Part shown: positions 6,815-16,044 of the stretch, one piece after another
How the letters are laid out: every line of letters begins with the position of its first letter
How positions within the stretch are numbered: the first letter of the stretch is position 1
IMG/VR virus record: IMGVR_UViG_3300048923_000295
Location: 16,938-80,937 of that record
DNA: 64,000 nt
DNA from: a virus
Taxonomy: Duplodnaviria; Caudoviricetes
Reading direction: 5' to 3' (one strand)
The notes under the pieces: model-generated
What the model was told of the DNA's origin: nothing
Database searches by the model: none
What the model saw: only the letters and a program-made list of their open reading frames with translations
Program-made: the position numbers and the translations under genes

Positions 6815-7227
6815 CCGCCACCGCCGTCGAGCTGCCGCCATGCCGAGTCTGCGGCTGCACCGCCGACGACCCGTGCCCCCTCGGCCGGCACAACTCGGTT
6901 TCCTGCCTGCCAGTGCCGGACCCGAAGGGCTCGCCGCGGCTGTGCAACTGGTGCGCGGGCAAGGAGGAGGGCGCGGTCCGCTGCGACGTCCTCGCGTCCG
7001 GTCTGCTCGCCGGCCCCGAGCCGGTGCGCTGCGCGATGGGCGCCATCCACGCCGCCCATTACCGCTGCGCTCGCGGCCACGACCGCCACATCAACGTCTG
7101 CCGCATGCACCACGGCGACCAGGGCGACATCCCGGCCGACTGCGCCGAGTGCCCGCACGCCGATCAGGTGCCGGTCCGGCTCGTCTCCTCCGCCCTCCTC
7201 TATCCGCCGACCGCACCGCCGGCCTGA
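6811..7227 (+). CDS. Cys/His-rich zinc-binding protein
   Basis: TTG start overlaps upstream stop; CRVCGCT..DPC, CNWC, CAEC. Confidence 0.65.
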   Translation: MTATAVELPPCRVCGCTADDPCPLGRHNSVSCLPVPDPKGSPRLCNWCAGKEEGAVRCDVLASGLLAGPEPVRCAMGAIHAAHYRCARGHDRHINVCRMHHGDQGDIPADCAECPHADQVPVRLVSSALLYPPTAPPA

Positions 7228-7251
7228 CGCGCAGCGGCAGCGCAAGACGCC

Positions 7252-7296
7252 GAACGGCCCCCGCCCGGAGACCCTCCCCCCGGGCGAGGGCCGTTC
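7252..7296. terminator. hairpin between convergent genes
   Basis: GAACGGCCC-c-CGCCCGG ... CCGGGCG-a-GGGCCGTTC. Confidence 0.55.
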
Positions 7297-7313
7297 GTCC
7301 GTTCTGGGACCGC

Positions 7314-9599
7314 TCAAGCGGCGGCACCGGCCAGCCAGGCGGGCACCGTGTCCGGCGCCTTCGCGAAGCTCGGGCAGGCGGTCACGTCCAGCGCGTTCCG
7401 CGCCCGCGTCACTGCGACGTACAGGAGCATCAGCTCGTCCGCGTTGCCGTCGAGCTGGCCGGGCGGCGGGAAGTCCGCGGCGAGCTTCACCGTGTCCCAC
7501 TCCAGCCCCTTGACGCAGTGCACGGTGCCCACCGTGACGTCCGCAGCCCGCAGGTCGGACAGATCCGCCAGCCCCGCGATGATCGCCTCCGGGCCGAAGT
7601 CCTCGACCAGCTTCACGAGCAGCGCAATGTCACTGCCGAGCTCGTCGAACTCGCAGTTGTGGGAGAGCAGGCCCTCGGCGATGAAGGTGCGGGCGTCCGT
7701 ACGTACAGCGACGACCTCGCGCTCTCCCACGTACTCGACATTGACGACCTTGGTCCGGGGGGTGCGGCCAATCTGGCGACGCTCCCACAAGCCTCCGGCC
7801 GCCGCGACTAGGCGCTCAGGGCGCGTAGTACCCAGCAGGCGCAGCTGCTCGGAGAGCCCTCCTCGTATGACAAGTTGCCGCACCTCGCTTGGGGCGCTGC
7901 CATGCGCGTAGTCGCCGAACTCGAAGCCTCGGTCCTTGAGCAAGGAACGAACCCGCTCAAGCACCGGCCCCTCCTTCTGAGAGATTGACAAGTGACGGTT
8001 GCGGCTGCTCTCACCCCGGCAGCCAGCGGACCCCTCACCGTCGAACATGCCCGCCAACCAGCCGGCATCCTTGGTGTCTTCCTCCTCCCACCGCCCGAGA
8101 GTCAGGATCGGCGTGCCGGGCGAGAGCCGCTCCGTGTGCATCCAACGGAGGTTGTTGCCTTGCTGGACGATCCAGCGATGCTCGGCACTCGCTGTGACCG
8201 TGGTGCCGTCGTCCGTGGTGATGCGGTAGCACGGCCTAGTGATGGTCTTGACACTCTCCACGACGGCCGTCCGATACCGGCGTCCTCGCGCATCCGCCGG
8301 CGTCTCCTCATCGAAACCTACGAGACGGTCGCCCGGCTCCAGAGTGTCAATGGTCTGCCAGCGAAGATCTGAGGTGAGCACTCTCGTCTCTGGCGCGAGA
8401 CAGTAATCCTGCACCTGCCCCCACGTCGAGAAGCAGGACAGCTCCGGGTGCGCCGTCCACCCTTGGTCGCGGAGCTCGATCGCACCGCGGGCGAAGGAGA
8501 CGACGGCCTGCGCCGTGTTCCCCACCAAGTGGACCTTCCTTCCGGCCTTCATCAGCGTCAGCGCCTCGGACACGGCCGTCGCATTGGTGCGGCAGAGGAT
8601 CGCGTCGATCATCTCGCACGGGCCGATGTAACCGGCTTCGTCGTCGCTGCCGGGCCTGCCCTTGAGCCGCAGGGGGGTGTCGAGCTGGGCGAGGAGGGTG
8701 TTCGCGAAGTCGGCGAGGTCCTGACCGAACCGGAACGACTGGGACAGGTAGGCGGTGCGGTCGACCTCGATGTTCTTGAAGGCGTCCAGGCAGCCGTTGA
8801 ACGAGTTGATCGCCTGGGCCGAGTCGCCTACCAGTACCACGCGGCTGCCGAGCTGCATCTGCTTCTTGATGATCGAAAGCATGATCGGACTCATGTCCTG
8901 CGCCTCGTCGATCATGAGAATTTCGGCGCCGATCCACGGCATCCGCCGCACACCCGGCCGCGACGGGTGCAGCCCCAGCTCCCACATCTTCAGGAAGTGC
9001 GCCGGGCTGTACGGCAGGACCCCGTTCGTCTTCTGCGCGTCCTCCCACGCACGGTTCAGCGCCGGGAGCATCCGCGCCCGGAGCATGTCGTTGGCCTTGT
9101 AGGTGCGCTTCCCAGTCGCCGAGTCGGGGGCGTCGATCCCGTCCACATACCGGAAATGGTCGACACTGGGCGCCTCGGCGTCGGACTGGCAGAACCGGCC
9201 GAGCGCCCGCAGCACGTAGGACGCGAGCCACGCCGGACGCAGCGCCCGCGATCCCCCACCGATCTGCGGCACCCACACCGGCTCGTTGATGCCGAGCGCC
9301 TTCGCGTTCTCCGCCGAGGTGCGCCGCACGTTCGACCGTCCGGAGAACTCCCGGCCGACCGCGTCGAACGCGAATCCGTGCATCGTCCGGACCCGCACGT
9401 TCCGGCCCATCTTGCCCTTCTGCTCCTGGCAGATGGCCTTGTTGAACGCCGTGTAGGCGACCCGCCGGTCCCGGTATTCGTGGGCGATCGCGCGGAGCAC
9501 CGTCGACTTTCCGCAGCCTGCCCCGGCCTGGATGGCGAGGTGGCCGCCTTCAGCGAACAGGTCGATGGCCTTCTGCTGCTCGGGTGTGGGCTGGAACAT
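7314..9599 (-). CDS. UvrD/Rep-like SF1 helicase containing an intein
   Basis: PTPEQ..., Walker A QAGAGCGKS, MIDEAQD, LVGDSAQAI, SQSFRFG, TVHCVKGLEWD, LYVAVTRAR. Confidence 0.9.
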   Translation of the reverse strand: MFQPTPEQQKAIDLFAEGGHLAIQAGAGCGKSTVLRAIAHEYRDRRVAYTAFNKAICQEQKGKMGRNVRVRTMHGFAFDAVGREFSGRSNVRRTSAENAKALGINEPVWVPQIGGGSRALRPAWLASYVLRALGRFCQSDAEAPSVDHFRYVDGIDAPDSATGKRTYKANDMLRARMLPALNRAWEDAQKTNGVLPYSPAHFLKMWELGLHPSRPGVRRMPWIGAEILMIDEAQDMSPIMLSIIKKQMQLGSRVVLVGDSAQAINSFNGCLDAFKNIEVDRTAYLSQSFRFGQDLADFANTLLAQLDTPLRLKGRPGSDDEAGYIGPCEMIDAILCRTNATAVSEALTLMKAGRKVHLVGNTAQAVVSFARGAIELRDQGWTAHPELSCFSTWGQVQDYCLAPETRVLTSDLRWQTIDTLEPGDRLVGFDEETPADARGRRYRTAVVESVKTITRPCYRITTDDGTTVTASAEHRWIVQQGNNLRWMHTERLSPGTPILTLGRWEEEDTKDAGWLAGMFDGEGSAGCRGESSRNRHLSISQKEGPVLERVRSLLKDRGFEFGDYAHGSAPSEVRQLVIRGGLSEQLRLLGTTRPERLVAAAGGLWERRQIGRTPRTKVVNVEYVGEREVVAVRTDARTFIAEGLLSHNCEFDELGSDIALLVKLVEDFGPEAIIAGLADLSDLRAADVTVGTVHCVKGLEWDTVKLAADFPPPGQLDGNADELMLLYVAVTRARNALDVTACPSFAKAPDTVPAWLAGAAA
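7656..8402 (-). mobile_element. intein (249 aa) with a LAGLIDADG-type endonuclease motif
   Basis: Starts CLAPETRVLT, has TASAEHRW (block B), WLAGMFDGEGS, ends FIAEGLLSHN followed by Cys+1. Confidence 0.92.
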
Positions 9600-9632
9600 C
9601 AGGGTCCCCCTTCGTCTCGATTCTACCGAAAC

Positions 9633-9852
9633 CTACCATATTCGTAGTTTCGACGAAATTACCATACCGGCAGACCTCGACCACCACTCTCCGTAGCCGG
9701 ATCCGGTGGCCGGACATCCGGACATCCGCCCACCCATCGCGCAGGCACGCGCGGGCACACAGGCGATCCGGACGTCCGCCCGGACAACCCAGGACGTCAC
9801 CCAACGTCACAGCACTCCCGACCGGGGGAGGGGATCCCGATCTACGAAATGG
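9633..9852. promoter_or_regulatory. divergent intergenic region with CTAC-N6/7-GTAG-type boxes
   Basis: CTACCATATTCGTAG at 9633-9647; inverted-like copy CTACGAAATGG at 9842-9852; related boxes at 10274 and 17614. Confidence 0.45.
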
Positions 9853-9908
9853 TCGGATCGGCGATAGGGTGACAACACCTATCCCGCCCTCGGCGAAAGC
9901 GAGCCCCC

Positions 9909-10250
9909 ATGGCCCAGAAGACCTTCGTCAGCCTGGTCTGCGACATCACCGGGGAGGAGGCTGCCGAGACGGTGCGATTCAGCCTCGACGGCGCCCAGTA
10001 CGAGATCGACCTGACCGGGCCGAGGGCGGACGAGCTTCGCGGCGCCCTGGCGCCGTTCATCACCGCAGGACGCCGGCAGGGCGCGAAGCCGGCCCGACGT
10101 CGCAGTGGCGGCGCGACCGCGCCGAGGGCGACCAGCGGAACCGCGGACGTCCGCGAGTGGGCCCGCGAACAGGGAATCGAGGTGTCCGACCGGGGCCGGA
10201 TCTCCCGGGAGATCCTCACCCAGTACGAGGCGGCACAGACCCCCGCCTGA
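9909..10250 (+). CDS. lsr2: Lsr2 nucleoid-associated protein
   Basis: ETVRFSLDGAQYEIDLT...LRGALAPFITAGRR and C-terminal VREWAREQGIEVSDRGRIS. Confidence 0.95.
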   Translation: MAQKTFVSLVCDITGEEAAETVRFSLDGAQYEIDLTGPRADELRGALAPFITAGRRQGAKPARRRSGGATAPRATSGTADVREWAREQGIEVSDRGRISREILTQYEAAQTPA

Positions 10251-10273
10251 CCGGATTGGCCAGATCGCGGTTT

Positions 10274-10287
10274 CTACTAATTCGTAG
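10274..10287. promoter_or_regulatory. imperfect palindrome upstream of the transfer operon
   Basis: CTACTAATTCGTAG; AT-rich island in about 70+% GC context. Confidence 0.45.
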
Positions 10288-10394
10288 CCGCGTTATCATC
10301 GGGCGGCGTGCCGGACTGGTGCGCCGCCCGACACGGTGACTCCAACACCGGGCCGGACGACGACTTGCACGTGTCCTAACAGGAGGACCGCGCC

Positions 10395-10481
10395 GTGCGT
10401 CATTTTGCCGTGCCCACGCTTCCGCGCACGTGGTTGGGCGTGTTGCGCCCGACCGTTACCGGTCTGGTGGCCGTCCGATGA
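10395..10481 (+). CDS. putative 28-aa peptide
   Basis: AGGAGG SD at 10381, GTG start, stop overlaps the next ATG (ATGA). Confidence 0.4.
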   Translation: MRHFAVPTLPRTWLGVLRPTVTGLVAVR

Positions 10482-10666
10482 GCCAGGGCGACTTCATCGC
10501 GCTTCTGGTCCTGGGCGGAACATTCGGCCTCGCTGGGCTCTACCTGCGGGAGTTCCGCGCGGCCCTGGTCGTCGGCTTGATCTACGCCGGCGGATACACC
10601 GGCCTGCTGATCCTCAAGGCGGGGGGCCCCTGGTTCGAGTTCATCGTCTCCCTCCGAGCCGGCTGA
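10478..10666 (+). CDS. small membrane protein (Spd-like)
   Basis: MSQGDFIALLVLGG..., two hydrophobic helices. Confidence 0.6.
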   Translation: MSQGDFIALLVLGGTFGLAGLYLREFRAALVVGLIYAGGYTGLLILKAGGPWFEFIVSLRAG

Positions 10667-10669
10667 TCG

Positions 10670-12217
10670 ATGGCCGTCACCCCCGAGGTCATCGCTGCCC
10701 GCGCCGAAGCCGCCCTCGTGCTGGCCCAGGCCGACGAGACCCGTGCCGAGACGGCCCGGCGGGACGATGCCGCCGCGGCCGAGCGGGCCCGGCTCGCCGA
10801 GGAGACCCGCGCCGACATCCGCCGCAAGGACGCCGCAGACCGGGACGCCCGCGCCCAGCGGGAGCGCGCGGACTGCCGAGCCCGCTGGAAACGCCGCCGC
10901 GCCGCCGTTGCCACCGTGCTCGGCCGGATCCGCGGGGACGCCGATGCTGCCGCAGCGATGACCGTCTACACCGCCGCCGTCGGCACCGCCCTCTACGGCC
11001 AGCTCACCGCCGCCCACGACCACGGCCTCCCCGCACCCATCGCGATCGCCGCCGCGGTCGCCCTGGAAGGCTGGGCGCTCGCCGCTGCCCGCACGGCCCT
11101 CCGGCTGCGCCTGGAGCACGGGGAGCGGGCGGTGCTGCCCCGGACGGCAATGGCGGTCGCCGGCGCCGTCGTCGCCGCGATCAACGTCGCCGGCCACTGG
11201 CCGCACGTCGTCACCGTCGATGGCGTCGCCACGCAGTCCGGCAGTCGGGCGACCGCGGTCATCCTCGGTCTCCTCTCCCTCGGCGCGATCACGATGTGGG
11301 AGCTGCGGTCCGGCGCCCGACACCGCCCGGCCCTACGCGCCCGCGGCCTGCTCGCCGAGCCGCTGCCGTGGCTCGGCCTGCGCTACTGGACCCGTTACCC
11401 GCTGCGCGCCTGGTGGGCCCGTTCGGCGTCCATCGCCGCGCCGTCAATCCGGACCCGCGCGGCAGCAATCCGCGCGGGCGAGCTGCTGCGCGCACTCCGC
11501 GCACAGGCCCGCGTCGATGCGCGGAACGCGCGCACGGCCGCGCGGCACCGCGCACAGGTCGCCCAGCTCGCGCGCGAGGCCGCGCGCGACGCCGCGAAGA
11601 AGGGCGCCGTGCAGGAGGCGCTCGCGCAGCTGCGCGCGTTTGCCGCGGCGAACGCGCTGCCCTTGGCCGCGCAGCCTCGCGCAGCCGTCCGCGCGGACGT
11701 GCGCGACGAGCCGGCCGACCCGCGCGAGGCCGCGCAGGAGACCGCGCTGGCCGCGCACCCGGACGACGAGCCCGCGCGCCCCGCGCAGGACGACCGCGCG
11801 GACGCCGCGCACGACGAGGACCCGTTCGCGCACATCGCGCGCGACCTCGTGCACGTCGACGTCGACCTCGCACACCTGCGCGAGCCCGCGCGGACCAGCA
11901 CACCCGTGCTCGCACAGCACGCCGTCGAGTTCGCCGCGCCGCCGCCCGCAGTCGAGCCGGCCCCGGACGACGACGACCTCACCGATGGCGATGAAGAGGA
12001 GCCGGCCGCGCCGGTCGACGACCTCGCCGCCCGCCGCGCGGAGAAGAACGCGGCGCTACGCGACGAGGTGCGGGACCTCCTCGACCGGGGCAAGGCCGTA
12101 TCGTCGCGCGCCCTCGGCCGCCAGTACGGCGTCGCCGAGTCGACCATGCGGGACCGGATCAAGCCGATCCGCGCGGAGTGGGAGGCGGAGCAGGCGGCCA
12201 GAGAGCGCACGGGATGA
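10670..12217 (+). CDS. SpdA/DUF2637-like membrane spread protein with C-terminal HTH
   Basis: Four TM segments (AAAVALEGWALAAA, AVVAAINVAGH), low-complexity linker, C-terminal VSSRALGRQYGVAESTMRDRI HTH. Confidence 0.7.
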   Translation: MAVTPEVIAARAEAALVLAQADETRAETARRDDAAAAERARLAEETRADIRRKDAADRDARAQRERADCRARWKRRRAAVATVLGRIRGDADAAAAMTVYTAAVGTALYGQLTAAHDHGLPAPIAIAAAVALEGWALAAARTALRLRLEHGERAVLPRTAMAVAGAVVAAINVAGHWPHVVTVDGVATQSGSRATAVILGLLSLGAITMWELRSGARHRPALRARGLLAEPLPWLGLRYWTRYPLRAWWARSASIAAPSIRTRAAAIRAGELLRALRAQARVDARNARTAARHRAQVAQLAREAARDAAKKGAVQEALAQLRAFAAANALPLAAQPRAAVRADVRDEPADPREAAQETALAAHPDDEPARPAQDDRADAAHDEDPFAHIARDLVHVDVDLAHLREPARTSTPVLAQHAVEFAAPPPAVEPAPDDDDLTDGDEEEPAAPVDDLAARRAEKNAALRDEVRDLLDRGKAVSSRALGRQYGVAESTMRDRIKPIRAEWEAEQAARERTG

Positions 12218-12861
12218 TCCGCGTCGTCGCGCTCCTGGCCGGCGCGCTGTTCCTCCTCAGCTCGTTCGACGGCCCGACGCCCCGCCGCGCACCCGCGCGC
12301 GCGGGGCGTTCCAGTCCGAGCACCCGCGCGATGCTCGCCGGCAGCGCACGAGCATGGCGCGCGGCCACCCCGGCGGGCCGCCGCTGGCGTGCGCGCCGGC
12401 TCGCCGGGAACACCGCCCGCGCACTGCTCTGGCCGCGCGGTCGCGCAGCCGCCGCGCACCCGCCGCGCGGCCCGCGCGTCGACCTCACCCATCCCGCGCG
12501 ACGCCGCGCACCATCCGCGCACCACCCGCGCGAATCGCAGCCGGCCGCGCGAGACCCGCACACACCACGAGGCGGAGGACCGTACATGGATCTCGTCAAA
12601 TTCGCGCAAGCCACGGCCGCCGCCGGCCAGCTCGACCCCCCAGACGGCGGCCTGCCCGGCGTCCCCGACCAGGCCCGCGCATGGGCGCGCGCCATCGAGA
12701 CGATCGCCGACGGCTACCTGGCATGGGTCGGGAGTCTCATTGAGGACGTCGGGCTCGCCCAGAAACCGCTCGAGCCCCTGCTCGACGCTGGCGACCTTCT
12801 CGTTGGTCTCGGCCCTGCGGTGGCCGCCGGGGCACAGCAGATCGCGGCTGGCCGGCGATGA
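12214..12861 (+). CDS. putative transfer accessory protein (TraA/Spd-like)
   Basis: ATGA-coupled between the DUF2637-like gene and traB; N-terminal hydrophobic stretch. An alternative start lies at 12586. Confidence 0.5.
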   Translation: MIRVVALLAGALFLLSSFDGPTPRRAPARAGRSSPSTRAMLAGSARAWRAATPAGRRWRARRLAGNTARALLWPRGRAAAAHPPRGPRVDLTHPARRRAPSAHHPRESQPAARDPHTPRGGGPYMDLVKFAQATAAAGQLDPPDGGLPGVPDQARAWARAIETIADGYLAWVGSLIEDVGLAQKPLEPLLDAGDLLVGLGPAVAAGAQQIAAGRR

Positions 12862-14885
12862 GCAGCCCGCGCGACCGCGCGTTCGCGCGCGAACTGCGCC
12901 GCGCAGAGGGTGCGCGACGTCGCGAGCAGGCCGCGCAGCGCCGCGCGGATCTGCGCGACCGTCGCGCGGGTGGTGCGCAGCCGCGCGCACGCCCGGACCG
13001 TTCGCGCACTGTCGCCCGCGCATCACGCGACCGGCCCGCGCAGAAACCGCGCGAGCGTCGCGCACCCGCCGCGCGGGCCCTGCGCGAACCGCGCACGGCC
13101 CGCGCAGGCAACCCGCTGCGCCGCGCACGCCGCGCGGCCTACCGCACCCGTCACGCGCTCGCCCCGGCCTGGTGCGCGGTCGGCGTCGCCCTCGTGGCGT
13201 GGGGCCTGCGCGGCCTGCTGCCCGCCTGGCTCGCCGTGTGCGCGGTGCTGCTACTGCTCGCCGCGGCGGATGTGCGGATCGCGCGGGACTCGCGCACCCT
13301 GCGCGCGCACCGCGCGGGCGTTCTGCTCGCGGCGGCCGCCGCGGCGTGGGCCTGCTGGGTGGTCGTCGCCGGCTTCGGCCAGCTCCAGGCGGTCGCGCTC
13401 GCACTCGCGACGCTGGCCATGTGGCCGTCGTGGTGGCGATCCCACCGGGTACGCCGCGCCCGCGCGGCCAGCCGGTTCGAGCAGGCATGGGCGTGGGCCG
13501 CCGCCGACCTCGGCCTCCGCGCCGAACTCCGCGGCACCATCCCGGGCGAGGTGGACGGCCAGTGGTCCCACCCGGTCGACCTGAACGGGGACACAGTCGA
13601 CCGGCTCCGCGGGGCGCTCGGCGACCTCGAAGCGGTCCCGGCGCTGCGTCTGCGCCGTGGCGCGCTCCGCGTCGACGACGTGCCGGCGGACGCCTCCCGG
13701 GCGGTGCTCCACGTCGTTGCCGTCGACCCGCTCACCTCCGCCCCGGACGTGCCGGCCGGCGATGACGAGGGTATCCCGTGGCCGGGCCCGGACCCGGCCG
13801 CCGGCCCGGACGACCCGATCGCCGTGGGCCTGTACGAGGACGGCGGCCCGATCGAACTCGGTCTAGATCAGCACATCCTCTTGGTTGGCGGCACTGGCGC
13901 CGGGAAAGGCACACTCCTCAAGATCCTTATTGGGAACGCTCTAGCTCGCCGCGCGCTGAAGGTGTGGGGAATCGATTTCAAGGGCGGCCGGCTCCTCACG
14001 CCGTGGGGCCGGTGCATCGCCAAGGCCGTGACGAACGCCGACGGCTACGGACCAGGTATCGAACAGGCGCGGGCTCTTCTCGCGGGGGCCCTCGCCGAGG
14101 TCGACCGCCGCGCCGCCGCCGGTGCGGTGTCCGGCCTCGACGGGCACGTGGCGACGGAGCGGGACCCGCACATCATTCTGATCATCGATGAGGCTGAGCG
14201 GGTCCTCGACGACCCGGACTGCCTCTATCTGATCAACGAACTGTCGGACGTGGCCCGCTCCGAACGGATCACCCTCGTGATCACGGTTAAGCGCCCGACC
14301 GCCGACAGCACCCGCGGCGGACGGCTTTCCAGCAACATCAAAACCCGAGTGCTGCTCGGCTCCCGCGAGAACAAGCAGGATCTTCGGGGCGCTCTGCCTG
14401 GCGGCATCACGTTCCCCGTCGAGGTGCTCGACCGGCCGGGGAAGGCAGCGATCTACCGGCACGGCCAAGCCGCGGCCCGTCCCGGCCGCATCTGGCTGCC
14501 CTCCGTCGCCCAGGTCGCCGAGCTCCGCGCCGCCTACGAGCCGGCCGAAACAGCGCCCGCGATGTCGACAGACCCCGAAAACACCCCCGAGAACGCCGTT
14601 TCGGGAGCTCTGTCGACATCCGAGGCCGCTATCACGACCACCCCGGTGCCGTCGGGGCCGCCGTCGCCCGCGCTCGCCCTGGAGCTCATCACCGCCACGG
14701 GCACCGAGGGCATCCGCGCCAAGGATCTGAAGCCTCTGGGTCAGTGGGGTTCGACCACCACCATGTACGAGCACCTCGCCCAGCTCGGCGAGGACGAGGA
14801 GAAAGGCCGGGCCGCACAGGTCGTGAGCGTGAATCGCCGCTGGTACGCCGTTGAGCATGCCCCGGATGGGCCGCGGCCAGCGTGA
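12858..14885 (+). CDS. traB: TraB-type FtsK/SpoIIIE DNA translocase
   Basis: N-terminal TM segments, Walker A LLVGGTGAGKGT, WGIDFKGG, Walker B IILIIDEAE, C-terminal winged helix. Confidence 0.85.
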   Translation: MSSPRDRAFARELRRAEGARRREQAAQRRADLRDRRAGGAQPRARPDRSRTVARASRDRPAQKPRERRAPAARALREPRTARAGNPLRRARRAAYRTRHALAPAWCAVGVALVAWGLRGLLPAWLAVCAVLLLLAAADVRIARDSRTLRAHRAGVLLAAAAAAWACWVVVAGFGQLQAVALALATLAMWPSWWRSHRVRRARAASRFEQAWAWAAADLGLRAELRGTIPGEVDGQWSHPVDLNGDTVDRLRGALGDLEAVPALRLRRGALRVDDVPADASRAVLHVVAVDPLTSAPDVPAGDDEGIPWPGPDPAAGPDDPIAVGLYEDGGPIELGLDQHILLVGGTGAGKGTLLKILIGNALARRALKVWGIDFKGGRLLTPWGRCIAKAVTNADGYGPGIEQARALLAGALAEVDRRAAAGAVSGLDGHVATERDPHIILIIDEAERVLDDPDCLYLINELSDVARSERITLVITVKRPTADSTRGGRLSSNIKTRVLLGSRENKQDLRGALPGGITFPVEVLDRPGKAAIYRHGQAAARPGRIWLPSVAQVAELRAAYEPAETAPAMSTDPENTPENAVSGALSTSEAAITTTPVPSGPPSPALALELITATGTEGIRAKDLKPLGQWGSTTTMYEHLAQLGEDEEKGRAAQVVSVNRRWYAVEHAPDGPRPA

Positions 14886-14906
14886 TCTATGCTAGCCGGC
14901 TAGCTT

Positions 14907-15680
14907 ATGATGGAGGCGAGCATGGTTGACCGCGGCGACGGCCGGCACACCTACGAATCGATCGCGTGGGACATCCGCGGACGGATCGGCCGCGGCGATC
15001 TCCGTCCAGGTGACCCGATCCCCAGCCTCCCCGCGATACAGCGGGACTTGAAGGTCTCGAACCAGACGGCGCAGGCTGCGGTCCGGCTCCTGAAATCGTG
15101 GGGGCTGGTCGAGGGGAAGTCGGGGCTTGGGACCTTTGTGCGCGAGCTTCGTCCCATCGTCCACGTCATGACGGACATGACCGTTCCCGGTCCCGCCGGG
15201 AAGCGGCGCACCTGGCGCGAGATCGTGTCCGAGTACGGCATGGTGGGCGCTCAGCAGGTCACCGGAGCTGGCCGGACGCCCGCACCTGCGGACGTCGCAG
15301 AGGCGCTGGGGATCGCCGCGGAAGCCCCGGTGGCATGGCGCCAGAGGCTCCTCTTGGCCGATGGTCGCCCCATCATGATCTGCTCCTCGTACTACCCGGA
15401 CGCCATAGCCGACGTCGTGCCAGCGCTCGCCGAGCCCGCACGGCTGCCCTCCAACGCAATGGAGTTGATGGCCCGCGTAGGCCACGCAATCGTCCCCGGC
15501 GGCCGGGACACCGTCTTCGGCCGCGCCGCGACAGCGGAGGAAGCGGCCCAGCTCGGGGCGCAGGCCGGCGCGCCGGTCACCGAGACGTTCCGAGTGGCGT
15601 ATGACGCAGACGGGTTGGTGGTCCTCGTAGAAAGGATGGTCGCGGACGGGCTGCGGCTCCGGCAGGTCTGGCGGTTCTGA
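14907..15680 (+). CDS. GntR/HutC-family regulator with UTRA domain (KorA/KorSA-like)
   Basis: YESIAWDIRGRI..GDLRPGDPIPSLPAIQRDLKVSNQTAQAAVRLL..GLVEGKSGLGTFVR; C-terminal UTRA-like domain. Confidence 0.9.
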   Translation: MMEASMVDRGDGRHTYESIAWDIRGRIGRGDLRPGDPIPSLPAIQRDLKVSNQTAQAAVRLLKSWGLVEGKSGLGTFVRELRPIVHVMTDMTVPGPAGKRRTWREIVSEYGMVGAQQVTGAGRTPAPADVAEALGIAAEAPVAWRQRLLLADGRPIMICSSYYPDAIADVVPALAEPARLPSNAMELMARVGHAIVPGGRDTVFGRAATAEEAAQLGAQAGAPVTETFRVAYDADGLVVLVERMVADGLRLRQVWRF

Positions 15681-15733
15681 CATGTCGATGCCCCCGGCCC
15701 GAGAACGGGACACGGGGGCGGGGGGCTGGACGG

Positions 15734-15955
15734 TCAGGTGTCGGTCGGGATGACGACCGACACCGTCCGGATGTGGCTGAGGTGCTGGCCGGTCCGCCGC
15801 CCGTCGGCGTCGAGGAAGGCCAGCTGGTAGCGGGTGCTGCCGTTGCAGCGCAGGCACCAGCAGGCGCCGGCGGCGAGGACCTCGGCCGGGCCGTGGCCCG
15901 GGGTGTAGCTGCCGGCGTAGACGACGCGGGCGCCGCGCGGGGCGAGAGCGGACAT
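15734..15955 (-). CDS. small hypothetical protein
   Basis: AAGGAG SD then MSALAPRGARVVYAGS...CWCLRC. Confidence 0.6.
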   Translation of the reverse strand: MSALAPRGARVVYAGSYTPGHGPAEVLAAGACWCLRCNGSTRYQLAFLDADGRRTGQHLSHIRTVSVVIPTDT

Positions 15956-16044
15956 GGCGGGCTCCTTCGGGCTGGTGCGGGGGCGAGGGGTGCGGGGTGC
16001 GGGGTGCGGGGGCCCGGCCGGCGGACCGCCAGCCGGGCGGAGGG

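Noticed and set aside
9700-9790. CCGGAC(A/G) short repeats as replication iterons
   Set aside because: Only about four short GC-rich copies, irregularly spaced, and no initiator gene nearby.
10336-13765. Long overlapping ORFs (10336-11994, 11220-12743, 11395-13488, 12389-13765)
   Set aside because: R/A/P-rich shadow frames caused by extreme GC and the CGCG tract; the real frames are 10670, 12214 and 12858.
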